From: Phaeosaccion multiseriatum
Taxonomy: Eukaryota > Protista > Ochrophyta, other classes
Reading direction: 5' to 3'
DNA: 64,000 nt
NCBI GenBank assembly: GCA_965112735.1
Contig: OZ218958.1
Span: forward strand, 3,162,001-3,226,000
Position numbers and translations under genes: made by a program. Numbering within the stretch: the first letter of the stretch is position 1; the number at the start of each line of letters is the position of its first letter. Positions 11,694 through 22,233 of the stretch are shown here, piece after piece. Below the pieces are notes generated by a model, which worked only from the letters and a program-made list of their open reading frames with translations, ran no database searches and was not told where the DNA came from.

Positions 11694-12463
11694 CTGCCTC
11701 CCCTGCTGCCCCTGCTGCTGCTGCTGCTGCCGCTGCAAGTGCGGCGGCCCCGAGGAGGGGCTCCGTCTTGAGCGGAGGCCTCATGATCCCGAGCAAGGCT
11801 CTGCTGAGAGCGAAGAGAGCCTCCACGTCTGGTTCTGCGAGTGCCCCTGCTACCACTGCTGCCGAAGCGTGAGAGAGATTGCGGAGTGGAATTGGGGAGG
11901 GGTCCGGGAAGGCGGAAGGGAAGGACGGGGGCGGGTATCGAGGAGGAAGAAGGAAGCAAAGTATGGCAGAGGAAGGCGGCACTGTTGCAAAGGTTTGGTT
12001 GGGAGGGAGTACGCGACGGAAGCTGAGTGGTGGATTGATTGCAGGGAGGGAAAAGATGCGAAAGAGGTCGGCGGGTGAGCGAGAGAGAGAGGAAGGGGGG
12101 CGTAGAGCGAGAAGAGAGAGCTGAGGCCAGAGCGAGTTGGAGCAAGGTTACTGTGAACGACGGAGAGCGAGATGTTGAGAGAGCTGAGGGGGTGTCGAAG
12201 TGAAAGTGTGTGTCAGTGACAGAATGCGAAGCAAGCGGGCTCGTCAGCTCGTCAGCAAGAAGTTTTTGTACGTGGAACTCAGAGGGGGGGAGGAAGCGAG
12301 GCGGAGAGGGACGAGGGGACGGGGGAAGAGGGAGACGCGAGCGAGGTAGTTTGTCCAAGTGCGAGAGGGAGAGAGAGAGAGAGAGAGTGACAGAGCTGAA
12401 GGGACTGAACGGTCTCCGGAACCACACACGCACACGAACACACGCAAATCTATTCAATTGTTA
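11694..12463 (+). pseudogene. Inverted duplicate of the XRN1 3' end (last ~55 codons, stop and 3' flank)
   Basis: Encodes [42 protein letters not shown], matching the XRN1 C-terminus; downstream DNA aligns with the reverse complement of ~26615-27510. Confidence 0.9.
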
Positions 12464-12959
12464 GAGAGGGCGTGCTTGCCGCACACGTCCCCCGCTCGGG
12501 CCTGGTTGTCACACCCTTTTACGCTGCACTGCCTCTGCCTCTTCTCCCCGTGCCTCCAGCAGAAGCCTCCGCTTTGGGTAAAGGTGACACACCCTTTTAC
12601 GCTGCACTGCCTCTGCCTCTTCTCCCCGTGCCTCCAGCACAAGCCTCCGCTTTGGGCCAAGGTGACACACCCTTCTCTGCTGCACTGCCTCCTCCCCCCG
12701 TGCCTGCAGCACACGCCCCCCTTTACGGCAAGGTGGTCGCACCCCTCCTCGCTACACTTCTTCACCTTCGCCCCGTGCCTCCTGCACACGCCTCCGCTTT
12801 GGACCTGGTTGGGACACCCTTTTACGCTGCACGTCTTCTTTGCCTGGTTCCTCTTCCTCTTTCCCGCTGAGCCGCTGCTGGCGTCGGCGGAGGCGGGCGG
12901 AGGCGGCGACTCGGAGGAGCTGCTGCTGGCGTCGGGTGGTGTTGGCGACTCGGAGGAGG

Positions 12960-12991
<32 letters not shown>

Positions 12992-13242
12992 ATGCGTTGG
13001 GCGATGATGGTGCACTCGGCTGTGTTGCATGTTCCCCCTCCACCGAAGCTGCGGGGGCTGCCAAAGCGGGCAAAGGCAGGGAGCCACTGGAGGCCGATCA
13101 TGGCGACGCAGGCTGTCTCGATGGCCTCAAGGCAGAGAGTTTGGTTCTCCTTGAGGTTGGTCGCGTCTTCGTCCGAGGAGGTGTCGCTGTAGGCCGAGTG
13201 GAGCTCGGCAGCGTGGAAGATGGTCACGTAGTGGAGGGAGAG
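12454..13242 (-). pseudogene. 5'-truncated gene copy encoding five Cx4Cx9Cx2H (WRKY19-like) zinc-finger repeats after a Ser-rich linker
   Basis: CSVKGCPNQVQSGGVCRRHG, CSEEGCDHLAVKGGVCCRHG, CSREGCVTLAQSGGLCWRHG, CSVKGCVTFTQSGGFCWRHG, CSVKGCDNQARAGDVCGKH; the N-terminal part (LEAIETACVAMIGLQWLPAFARFGSP) is homologous to ~18050-18310, and homology stops abruptly at ~13242. Confidence 0.75.
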
Positions 13243-13248
13243 GAGGGC

Positions 13249-13387
13249 GCCTCGAGGGCAGCAGCGCGCGGCAAGAAACAAGTGAGTGGCCGAGGAGAAG
13301 AGGGAAGGAGGGAAGGAGGGAAGGGGCTTTTGCTTGTCTGGCCTCTGCAACACAACACTCAGAGAGGCCTTCTCCAAAGGGATGTGT

Positions 13388-13422
<35 letters not shown>

Positions 13423-14860
13423 CGTGTTAATATCATGTGCCTGCCTCTAATGTCCTCTGCTGTGCTTCTCGTCGCTCAAGCAGAGACGCACGAGTCGCGA
13501 CAATCTGCGTAGGGGTGAGAAGGACGGAAGGGACGAGCCGGCGGAAGGGGGGAGCAGGGGAGGAAGGAGGAGGAAAGCGAAGGGGAGGAAGGGGGGGAAG
13601 GGGGCAAGCGGTGGCGATGGCGCCGTAGGAAGGGGCAAGCGGGGAAGGGACAAGATGAACGGCCTTGGCCGTGGCCTCGCAGCAGTTGGTGGTACAGCCG
13701 CAGCATCTTCCAACGGCCACTCGAGGGCGAGGAAGCGCTCTCGGCGAGAGGGGCGGGGCCAACGCGACGATTCGGTGGATGAGGACGAGTATTACGGGGA
13801 GGAGAACGATGATGACGACGAGGACGACGACGAGGAAGACGAGGATGACAGGAGTCCCTGGGGGTGGGAGAGGGAAAGGGACTGGAGCGTGCGCGGGAGG
13901 GGGGGGGAGGATAAGGGGCTCAAGAGGACCTTGTCCTGGGCGAGTGCTCTGGTGCAAGGGAGCGATTGGAAGAGCAATAGGAAGACCATGAAAGTGTTGG
14001 ACACAGGAGGACGGAAGAGGGCGCGGGGAGGGGTGGGAAGGGGAGGGCGCCCTGCCAGTTCGAGCAGCAGAAAGAGGAGGGCGGTCAAGAAGGAGGAGGA
14101 TGATGATGAAGAGGATGGGGACGAGGAGAGCGAGGGGGACCTCTATGTGGGCCCAGGCAAAAAGAGGAGAAGGCCCTTGTCCCGGCTCTCGCACAGCAGC
14201 AGGCGGCGGGACAGCAGCAGGCGGGACCAGCGGTTCAGAAAAGGGGGGCGACAGCACGGCCTGGGGGGGTGGAGTGAGGGGGACGAGACGGACAGCGCTG
14301 ACGAGCCACAGAGAGACGCGCGTGAGCGGCGCAGCAGGCGAAGGAGGGACGACAGACATCACAGCAGGGAGGAGGAGGAGGAGGAGGAGGAGGAGGAGGA
14401 GGAGGAGGAGGAGGAGGAGGAGGAGGAGGAGGAGGAGGAGGAGGAGGAGGAGGAGGAGGAGGAGGAGGAGGAGGAGGAGGAGGAGGAGGAGGAGGGAAGA
14501 CCGCGCTGGAGGGACAAGCGACCGCGCGATGCGGCGAGAGAAGGGGTCAACAACAACGGGTACGGCCGGCGGCTGAAAGAGTCGAAAGAGTCGGGGCGAT
14601 GGTTCAATAGGCCGGGCTCCAGCAGGCGGACGTGGCACCGGGACTACTCCTCGACCAGTGCAGAGGATAGCGCAGAGGAGGAGGGGCGGGCGGAGAGGCG
14701 CGGAGAGGCCTCGGCCAGGGCGGCGGCAGCAGGTGCGCCAATTGGAGATACAGCAGTCGGTGGGGAGTTGGTGAGAGTCGAACACATCCCTCGGGAGGTG
14801 CCACTGCCCGCCGCAACTGCTCATCTGATGTGATGTGATTTCTAGGAAAATGATCCCCGT

Positions 14861-14917
<57 letters not shown>

Positions 14918-15130
14918 CCTCTCTCTGTCTCTCTCTCATATTGCCACTCCAGGGCGACGGCAAAGACGGCGGAACTCCGAGTCGAGTGGGGGCAAAGCTC
15001 AGAAGGGCAAAGCTCGGAGGCCCAGCAATGCAGGCAGGCTAAGGCTGGAGCACGAGTGGCGCGAAAGAGGCAGCGGAAGAGACAGCCGCGGGGGAAGGAG
15101 CAGCAGACGGGTAGGCCGGGGAAGGAGCCT

Positions 15131-15182
<52 letters not shown>

Positions 15183-15569
15183 GGCGATGGCAGCAGTAGG
15201 AGCAGGAGCTGGAGTAGGAGCAGGAGCAGCGGTAGTGAGGGGGGGCGACGAGCGAGGAGGGGGCGGGGGCGAAGCCTTCGCGGTAGCAGCGAAGACCCGG
15301 AGGAGGACGACGACGAGGAGGGCGAGGAGGACGGCAACATGAGCAGTAGCAGCAGCCGGAATAGCAGCAGCGGCGATGAGAGCGACTCCGAGCGGCGAGA
15401 GCGCAGGGCCAGAGTGAGGCACAAACGGAGGAGAGGCAAAGGCAAAGCCAAGGCCACGGGTGCGGGTCCACGCAACAGCAGTACGAAGAGGAAGAAGGGC
15501 AAGGCCGGAGGCAGCAGCACGGGCGACACCGCTCGGCGGAAGGAGGGGGCGCGCAAGAGGAAGCGCTGA
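13249..15569 (+). CDS. Low-complexity Arg/Ser/Asp/Glu-rich protein, probably a 5'-truncated gene
   Basis: Phase-compatible model: donor at 13281, acceptor at 13512, exon 13513-14759 (poly-E, basic clusters), (CT)n intron, exon 14953-15569 ending RKRKR*. No recognisable domain. Confidence 0.45.
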
Positions 15570-16208
15570 CTGCCTGAGGGCAAAGGAGCCGAACGAACGT
15601 CATCCTCACGACGGGTACCGTAGGCAGTGACTTAAGGAACGAATGAATGTTTTTATGACGGACCGGGGAGACGTTCCCTCAAGCCGCCCGTACCGTACAT
15701 GAATGTCAAGCACAGCGTCAAGCGCCGCCTGCAGTATCAATGGCAGCTCAATCACTGGCTGGTATTGGATATGTGAAGTAAAGTGAAGGAAGTGCCCTCC
15801 TCCGCCCGTCTGTCTGTCCGCTCTATTCCCCCCCCGGCCTCGCTCCGACTATGAAGTTTGCTTGTTGACTACTTCTAGTATTTCACTACTACTAGTATTT
15901 CACAAGAACTGGCGTCTGCCAGGACGGAGTGAAGCTCCCCTGTTGACGGATCTACTTTTCCTCCATGCGGTACATAGGAGACTGCATTAGTAATAGACGA
16001 TCGGCCTATGCTCTTGGACATGTATTGCGAATGTGGGATCTGGGCTCGCACAAAGGTTACACACCCACACGGCATGGAGGCGTGAGGAGTGTAGGAAGTT
16101 TCAGAGAACTGAAAGGTTTGTTTGTCATGTTTTGATATAGAGAGCTAGCGAAAGCCAGCACCAAATGCGCGGCCTGAGCTCTAGTGGGACGAGCTCCTCT
16201 AGTCGCTC

Positions 16209-16560
16209 GAGGAGGAGGAGGAGGAGGAGGAGGAGGAGGAGGAGGAGGAGGAGGAGGAGGAGGAGGAGGAGGAGGAGGAGGAGGAGGAGGAGGAGGAGGA
16301 GGAGGAGGAGGAGGAGGAGGAGGAGGAGGAGGAGGAGGAGGAGGAGGAGGAGGAGGAGGAGGAGGAGGAGGAGGAGGAGGAGGAGGAGGAGGAGGAGGAG
16401 GAGGAGGAGGAGGAGGAGGAGGAGGAGGAGGAGGAGGAGGAGGAGGAGGAGGAGGAGGAGGAGGAGGAGGAGGAGGAGGAGGAGGAGGAGGAGGAGGAGG
16501 GGGAGGAGAAGGAGGAGAAGGAGGAGGAGGAGGAGAAGATGAAGAAGAAGGAGGAGGAGG
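16209..16560. repeat. Very long (GGA)n tract (~97 uninterrupted units, then degenerate)
   Basis: Directly visible, pure from ~16209 to 16500. Confidence 0.95.
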
Positions 16561-16671
16561 AGAATGAGGAGATGGCGAAGTGGAGGAGGAGAATGAGGAG
16601 ATGGCGAAGTGGGGAAGGTTTACAAGGAGCATTTCTCATTCTTATTGAGCTGCTGCCACGCTTTATCTCGT

Positions 16672-17032
16672 TCCCCGGGGACTCGGAGGAGGCGCTGCTG
16701 CTGCTGCTGCGGCTGGCGGGTGGTGTTGGCGACTCGGGAGAGGTGCTGCTGCTGCTGCTGCTGCTGCGGCTCATGTATTGGGCCTTGATGGTGAAGGGGG
16801 GGGTGCTGTTGTTGCTGCATGATCCCCCCCCTCCGACGCTGCCGGGGCTACCGAAGCGCGCAAAGGCGGGGAGCCACTCGAGGCCGATGACGGCGGCGCA
16901 GGCGGTCTCGATGGCCTCGAGGTAGACCATTTGGTTGTCCTTGAGCGTGGTGGCTTCAATGTCCGAGGACGTGTCGCCGTAGGGGGAGTAGAGCTCGTCA
17001 GCGTGGTAGAGGACGACGTATTGGAGGGTGAA
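16672..17032 (-). pseudogene. Fragment of the zinc-finger gene family (left arm of inverted triplication)
   Basis: Encodes ...VYLEAIETACAAVIGLEWLPAFARFGSPGSVGGGG...; forms an inverted repeat with 17051-17330. Confidence 0.85.
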
Positions 17033-17038
17033 GCTGGA

Positions 17039-17628
17039 CCTCGCCGACTACTTCACCCTCCAATACGTCGTCCTCTTCCACGCTGACGAGCTCTATTCCC
17101 CGTACGGCGACACGTCCTCGGACATTGAAGCCACCACGCGCAAGGACAACCAAACGGTCTACCTCGAGGCCATCGAGACCGCCTGCGCCGCCGTCATCGG
17201 CCTCGAGTGGCTCCCCGCCTTTACCCGCTTCGGCAGCCCCGGCAGCGTCGGAGGAGGGGGGTCTCGCAACAACCACACCCCCCGCTTCTCCATCAAGGCT
17301 CAATAGCAGCAGCACCTCCCCGGAGTCGCCAACACCACACGCCCCCGCTGGCGCCAGCAGCAGCAGCAGCAGCGCCTCCTCCGCGTCGCCAACACCACGC
17401 AGCCCCGCCAAAAAGAAGGCTAGACTCAGCAGCATCTTGAAGGCACCACCACCCGCCGCCGGCGGCAGCAGCAGCCGAGAGGAGGGCGCCAGCAGCCAGG
17501 CCGTACAGGCGGGCTTGTGTATTAGGCACCGGGGGGGGGGGGAAGCAGTGCAGCACAGAAGGGTGTCTCAGCTTGGCCCAAAGCGGAGGCGTGTGCGGCA
17601 GGCACGGGGGGAAGAAGCAGTGCAGCAC
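17039..17628 (+). pseudogene. Inverted fragment of the zinc-finger gene family (middle arm)
   Basis: LADYFTLQYVVLFHADELYSPYGDT...LEAIETACAAVIG..., premature TAG at 17304-17306, frameshifted zinc-finger remnants (GLCIRH, AQSGGVCGRHGGKKQCST). Confidence 0.85.
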
Positions 17629-20030
17629 GCTTTGGGCCACTCTGAGACACCCTTCTGTGCTGCACTGCTTCCTCCCCCCGTGCCTGTCACACACGCCTCC
17701 GCTTTGGGCCAAGCTGAGACACCTTTCTGCACTGCTTCCCCCCCCCCCGGTGCCTAATACACAAGCCCGCCTGTACGGCCTGGCTGCTGGCGCCCTCCTC
17801 TCGGCGGCTGCTGCCGCCGGCGGCGGGTGGTGGTGCCTTCAAGATGCTGCTGAGTCTAGCCTTCTTTTTGGCGGGGCTGCGTGGTGTTGGCGACGCGGAG
17901 GAGGCGCCACTGCTGAGGCTGCTGCGGCTGGCACCGGCGGGGGCGGGTGGTGGCGGGGGCGCGCTGCTGCTGCTGCGGCTACTGCTGCTGCTGCTGGCGC
18001 CAGCGGGCGGGTGGTGTTGGCGACTCGGGGGAGGTGCTGCTGCTGCGGCTCATGTATTGAGCCTTGATGGTGAAGGGGGTGGTGTTGTTGTTGCAAGATC
18101 CCCCTCCTCCGACGCTGCCGGGGCTGCCGAAGCGGGCAAAGGCGGGGAGCCACTGGAGGCCGATGATGGCGGCACAGACAGTCTCGATGGCCTCGAGGTA
18201 GACCATTTGGTTGTCCTTGAGCTTGGTGGCTTCTTCGTCCGAGGAGGTGTCGCGGTAGGGGGAGTACAACTGGACAGCGTGGAAGAGGACGACGTAGTAG
18301 AGGGTGAAGTAGTCGGCGAGGCCTCGCTTCTTGGCGAGTACGAGCAGGTGCTGCAGCGGGCCGCTCGTGTTGTACACTCCGAAACGGCCGCCATGGTGCC
18401 TGGTGACGCCCACCTTGCCTCCTCCCGTCATGCCTCCTCCATTCTCTGGCACGAAGGAGTCGATGAGCTTGAGCACCGCCGCGCCCACGGTGTCAAACTT
18501 GTCCATGTCAGGCACCTTGCCCCTCAGCAGCGCGAGAACTGTCGAGCCAGTGGAGTAGAGTGTTCATGGAGAGTATGGGCCGCAGAGTGGCCATGGCGTT
18601 GACAAGCAAGACAGGAAGTTGTGTTACTATTTGGTGGGAGGCGATCGTGTGTGTGTATGTGTATAGTGAGTCAGCTGCCCGCCCACAGAAGTCACAAACC
18701 TACCTTTACTCGCTCCATCAAGTCGTCCAAGTGGGGGTGAGGTGGCAGCTCATCAGGGCGCCCAAGGCTGCAGTGGGCTCAGCGGGTGCGGGTGGGGGTT
18801 GGCCAGGATCTGCCATCCTTCGAAAAGCTGCTGAACCTCCACAGGCGCTTTTGACTGGGTGGCAGTGGCGGGAGCTCTCTCCTCCCCTGACTGGTTGCTC
18901 TTGCATGCAGCCCAGGAGGCGCGGTGCATCGAAGACTCGCCTCCTCCTGCTCCCGAGGGCGCGCTGGAGGAGTCGCCGCTCGTTGACCCGGGGAGGAGAG
19001 CAGCGATGGGTGGTGGTTCCTGGGGCGAGGCAATCAACGGCAGGCAGTTGCGATGTGAGCATGCATCTCACAGCCGAAGCAAGCGAAATAAAGACCAACC
19101 GCCGCTCCTCCGCCCCAAGCAAACCCCCAGTCCACTCACCAACCGCTTCTTCGCCCCAAGCAACCCACCCATTCCACTCACCATTCTCCTTGCCGGTCTC
19201 TCTGGCGTTGCTAGCTTGACGAGCGCGGAGGGAAAAAAACGGCGTCACAGGGGCGCCGCGGACACGCTGCGTGGCGGGAGCATGTAGTGGCGAGTGAGGT
19301 AACCTATGGGGCAAGCACAGGAGCAGGGGCATCTAACGCACCTTTCTTCCGATTCCCCGTTTTGCTTCCATCGCCCACTCCAACCTCTTCTCATCGGATA
19401 GGGAGGCTTGACTTTTTGCCTCCTTCATGGCTTCCATCCAGCGCAGGGCATCGCCGCCCTTGAGCATCGCGGGAACAGCCGCATCGCCATCGAAGGGCTT
19501 CACGGATCTGATTGAGACGCGTTTGCCGTAGGCCGGATGGGATGGACAGAATTGCTTGATACCCTACTCTCGCTCACCCGCAATCCACCCTCACGAATGG
19601 CCATTTCCGCTGGTAGATGATGACCTGGTCAGTTGTCTTTTCCGTGTCCCCCAAAGGAACGAAATAAGGTTCACACACGAGTGCGGGCCATCTTCCTTCG
19701 TTCCTCAGCTCCAACATGACCATCTGACCCTTCCTGGCCTTCCTGGCTCGGCCCCCGATGCCATTGTTGGGGGTGAAGGCGCTCAGCATAGGCAACGGAC
19801 AGGCTGAGGGAGGGAGGGAGGGAGAGGGTCGAGGAGGGCAGCATGGGGGGGGGTGTAAAGAAGAGGACGAGGCGGGGGGGGCAACATCTCAGGAGGTTCA
19901 ACCAAAGGAAGAAACAGCGCACGAAAGGAGGAGGGAGGAGGGACAGAAAGGGGTAGCCATCAGTGTTTGAGGTGGGGCGAGTTGGCGCTTCCTCGCTCAC
20001 CTGGTCTCTCGGACGAAGCTGCTCCTTGTG
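17629..20030 (-). pseudogene. Longest, degenerate copy of a multi-exon gene: PWWP-like domain, linker, GIY-YIG-like domain, Ser-rich linker, zinc-finger repeats
   Basis: GQMVMLELRNEGRWPALVCEP...QFCPSHPAYGKRVSIRSVKPFDG (~19490-19730); intron 18699-18539 joins LDDLMERVKV|VLALLRGKVPDMDK; KVGVTRHHGGRFGVY and LEAIETVC motifs; frameshifts near 18005 and 17730; no start codon found. Confidence 0.55.
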
Positions 20031-20151
20031 TGAGAGCTCTCTTAGCGCGGGTATTCGGATCTAGTCTAGCGCGGGTTTGGTAAAAGTAAATTGAATACGA
20101 AAAATAAATACTACTACGAAGTACGTAGTAAAAGACAATCCAAAGAGTCAG

Positions 20152-20550
20152 TCTGTGGCAAGGGCGAGTGGATCGATTGCGAGAGCATCATCCCCACCGA
20201 TGGCGGAGATGCGCCCACGGATGACTCACCTGCGTGCAACCCTTCCGCCGAGATGAGCGCCATGCTTCTTCAAGGATTCGATTGGGTGATGCCCCTGGCA
20301 TGCTGTGTAACTACATGGGCCTTGGACAGGAGTGCCGGGTGTGCTGGCTCACCTGCGAGAGCGCGGCCGCCGGCATGCTTACCTACCCCGAGTTCGCCCC
20401 GGAGACCATCATCTTGTGCCCTTCATCGGGCCTCACCAGCTACTCTACGGACTGTGCATAAGCCGCGAGGCTGATGGCGTAGTTTCCCGTGTCCATCGTT
20501 TCTCGACTATAACGCGACGTCGAGACTCCCGAACCACCCTTCGCGTGATT
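20152..20550 (+). pseudogene. Orphan, frameshifted copy of the Cys-rich terminal exon and 3' UTR of gene 1
   Basis: CGKGEWIDCESIIP...APTDDSPAC, then a deletion removing KGIFADPSC and a frameshift, then GDAPGMLCNYMGLGQECRVCWLTCE...CPSSGLTSYSTDCA*; UTR matches ~11484-11545. Confidence 0.9.
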
Positions 20551-21069
20551 TAGAGGGGAGCAAGGCAAGGGCAAAACTTATTTCCAAATGTGTGTGTGTG
20601 TGTGGCGAACTGCACTTTGTTTTAATTCCATGTTTTAAAATTAAAATACACTTTATTTCCATGACTTGTGTGCTCTCGCTCTCCTCCTATGGCCGCTTGT
20701 ACTTGTCGAATGCCCTGGCGCATCATACATGTTTCAGTTCTGAAACTTGTTATCGCTAGTTCTAATAAGGACACTGATGTCCTCAGTCACGCCTCCATGC
20801 GCGTGTGTAGACCGCCTCTATGCGAGTAGCGTCGAGAGCGAAACGGCGCAGGTGCCCCCCTCGAGCTTTGAAGGGCGAGTGTGTATTCTTGCGAGGGCAT
20901 GGCACGAATGATTCCCTGCTCCCGGTTGCAAGCACGCACCCACGTACGCACCCTATCCCACATACTCACCCACATCCACATCCACATGCGCACCCACGCA
21001 CGCATGCACCCACGTACGCAACCATGCCAGCATTCACCACGCACGAACCCACTTACATATCCACGCAAG

Positions 21070-21284
21070 CATCACGTACGTGGCCTCCTGCCCTGTTCGA
21101 TGTGAGGATGGGGGGCATCAACGGATGCGTCTTCGCTCCCGATATCACTGGCGTCTGCCAGGACGACCCCACTGCCGATGGCTGTGAAGAAGCCCCTGGT
21201 GGCTGCCGTAAGGCTGGCACCTACGACGGAGTGAAGCTCCCCTGTTGCAGCGCCCGGCCTCGCTCCGACTACCACACCCACTGA
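21070..21284 (+). other. Isolated Cys-rich exon-like segment
   Basis: ...MGGINGCVFAPDITGVCQDDPTADGCEEAPGGCRKAGTYDGVKLPCCSARPRSDYHTH* after a CA-rich intron-like tract; scrambled pieces recur at 15833-15946. Confidence 0.4.
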
Positions 21285-22233
21285 GGTGCAGTCGAGAGGG
21301 CGTCTGACACTTAATGATGCAAACATTTTCCACGTTAAGCTATACATATATAAGGGTGTAGTATATGTAGTATAATGGCGAGTAGAGCGAATGACGCAGT
21401 CATGTATTGCAGAGACGTGTTTTGCGTACACTGGCTGTGCGCTGTGTGTGGGCGTGGGCCTTCCGCCCCTCTCCATCCCCTCCAAGCCCTCATGCCTCAA
21501 TGCAGAGCCGCGCTCGAAGGGCCTCCGCTGCGTGCCCTACAGGACCTGGTAGAAGTGCACAAGTTCCGACGCTTGGACCCACCTGCACGCACCCCAATCA
21601 TCAAACGTTTGTTCCGCTTTCATGCTGTGCTCTCCTTCAGCACACACACACACACACATACACACCTCTTCCGTTCATCTCCCATCACTCATCAGACGTG
21701 GGCGCACCGCCGTGTTCGGAATGAAACCCGCCAATTCGCCGGGTATTATTACAGCTTCATCTCTCAAAAGGGTTCTTGACCGGGGTGTTGTTCTTCTTTT
21801 TTCGCCAGCCTGTGAGTCAACGAAATTTTGGCCTATTTTTTTTTTTTGTTCTCCCCTTTTTCCTCACACTTCCTCTGGCTGCATAAGGGGAAAGGTAAGC
21901 TGCCCAGGGAGAGGAGGGGCTGGTGCGCTGTGTTGCTTCTGTGCCCTCGCTATGTATACTCTCGGGGTGCTGCAGGCTTGAGTGTTTTGCCAGTGCATTC
22001 GTTGGCAACGTTGCTACTGTGGGGCTGTCTTGGCTTGCTGAAGCTGCCCTTCCTCACGCTCGCACCTACTGAACGACTGAAACCCTCCTCTCTTGTTGAT
22101 CTACTCTCTCCTCCTCGCGCTCTTCGCCGCTTTGTCTCGGCTCTGTCTTACTGTGTGCTGTGTGCTCCCCCAGACACCCAGCGCGGATAGCGCCAAACTG
22201 AATACGAGGCAAGCAAACCTCATGATGGTTGCC

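Noticed and set aside
13433-14824. 463-aa minus-strand poly-Leu ORF
   Set aside because: Antisense shadow of the plus-strand Glu/Arg-rich ORF.
16057-16632. Poly-Pro, poly-Gly, poly-Arg and poly-Ser ORFs
   Set aside because: Translations of the (GGA)n tract with no supporting coding context.
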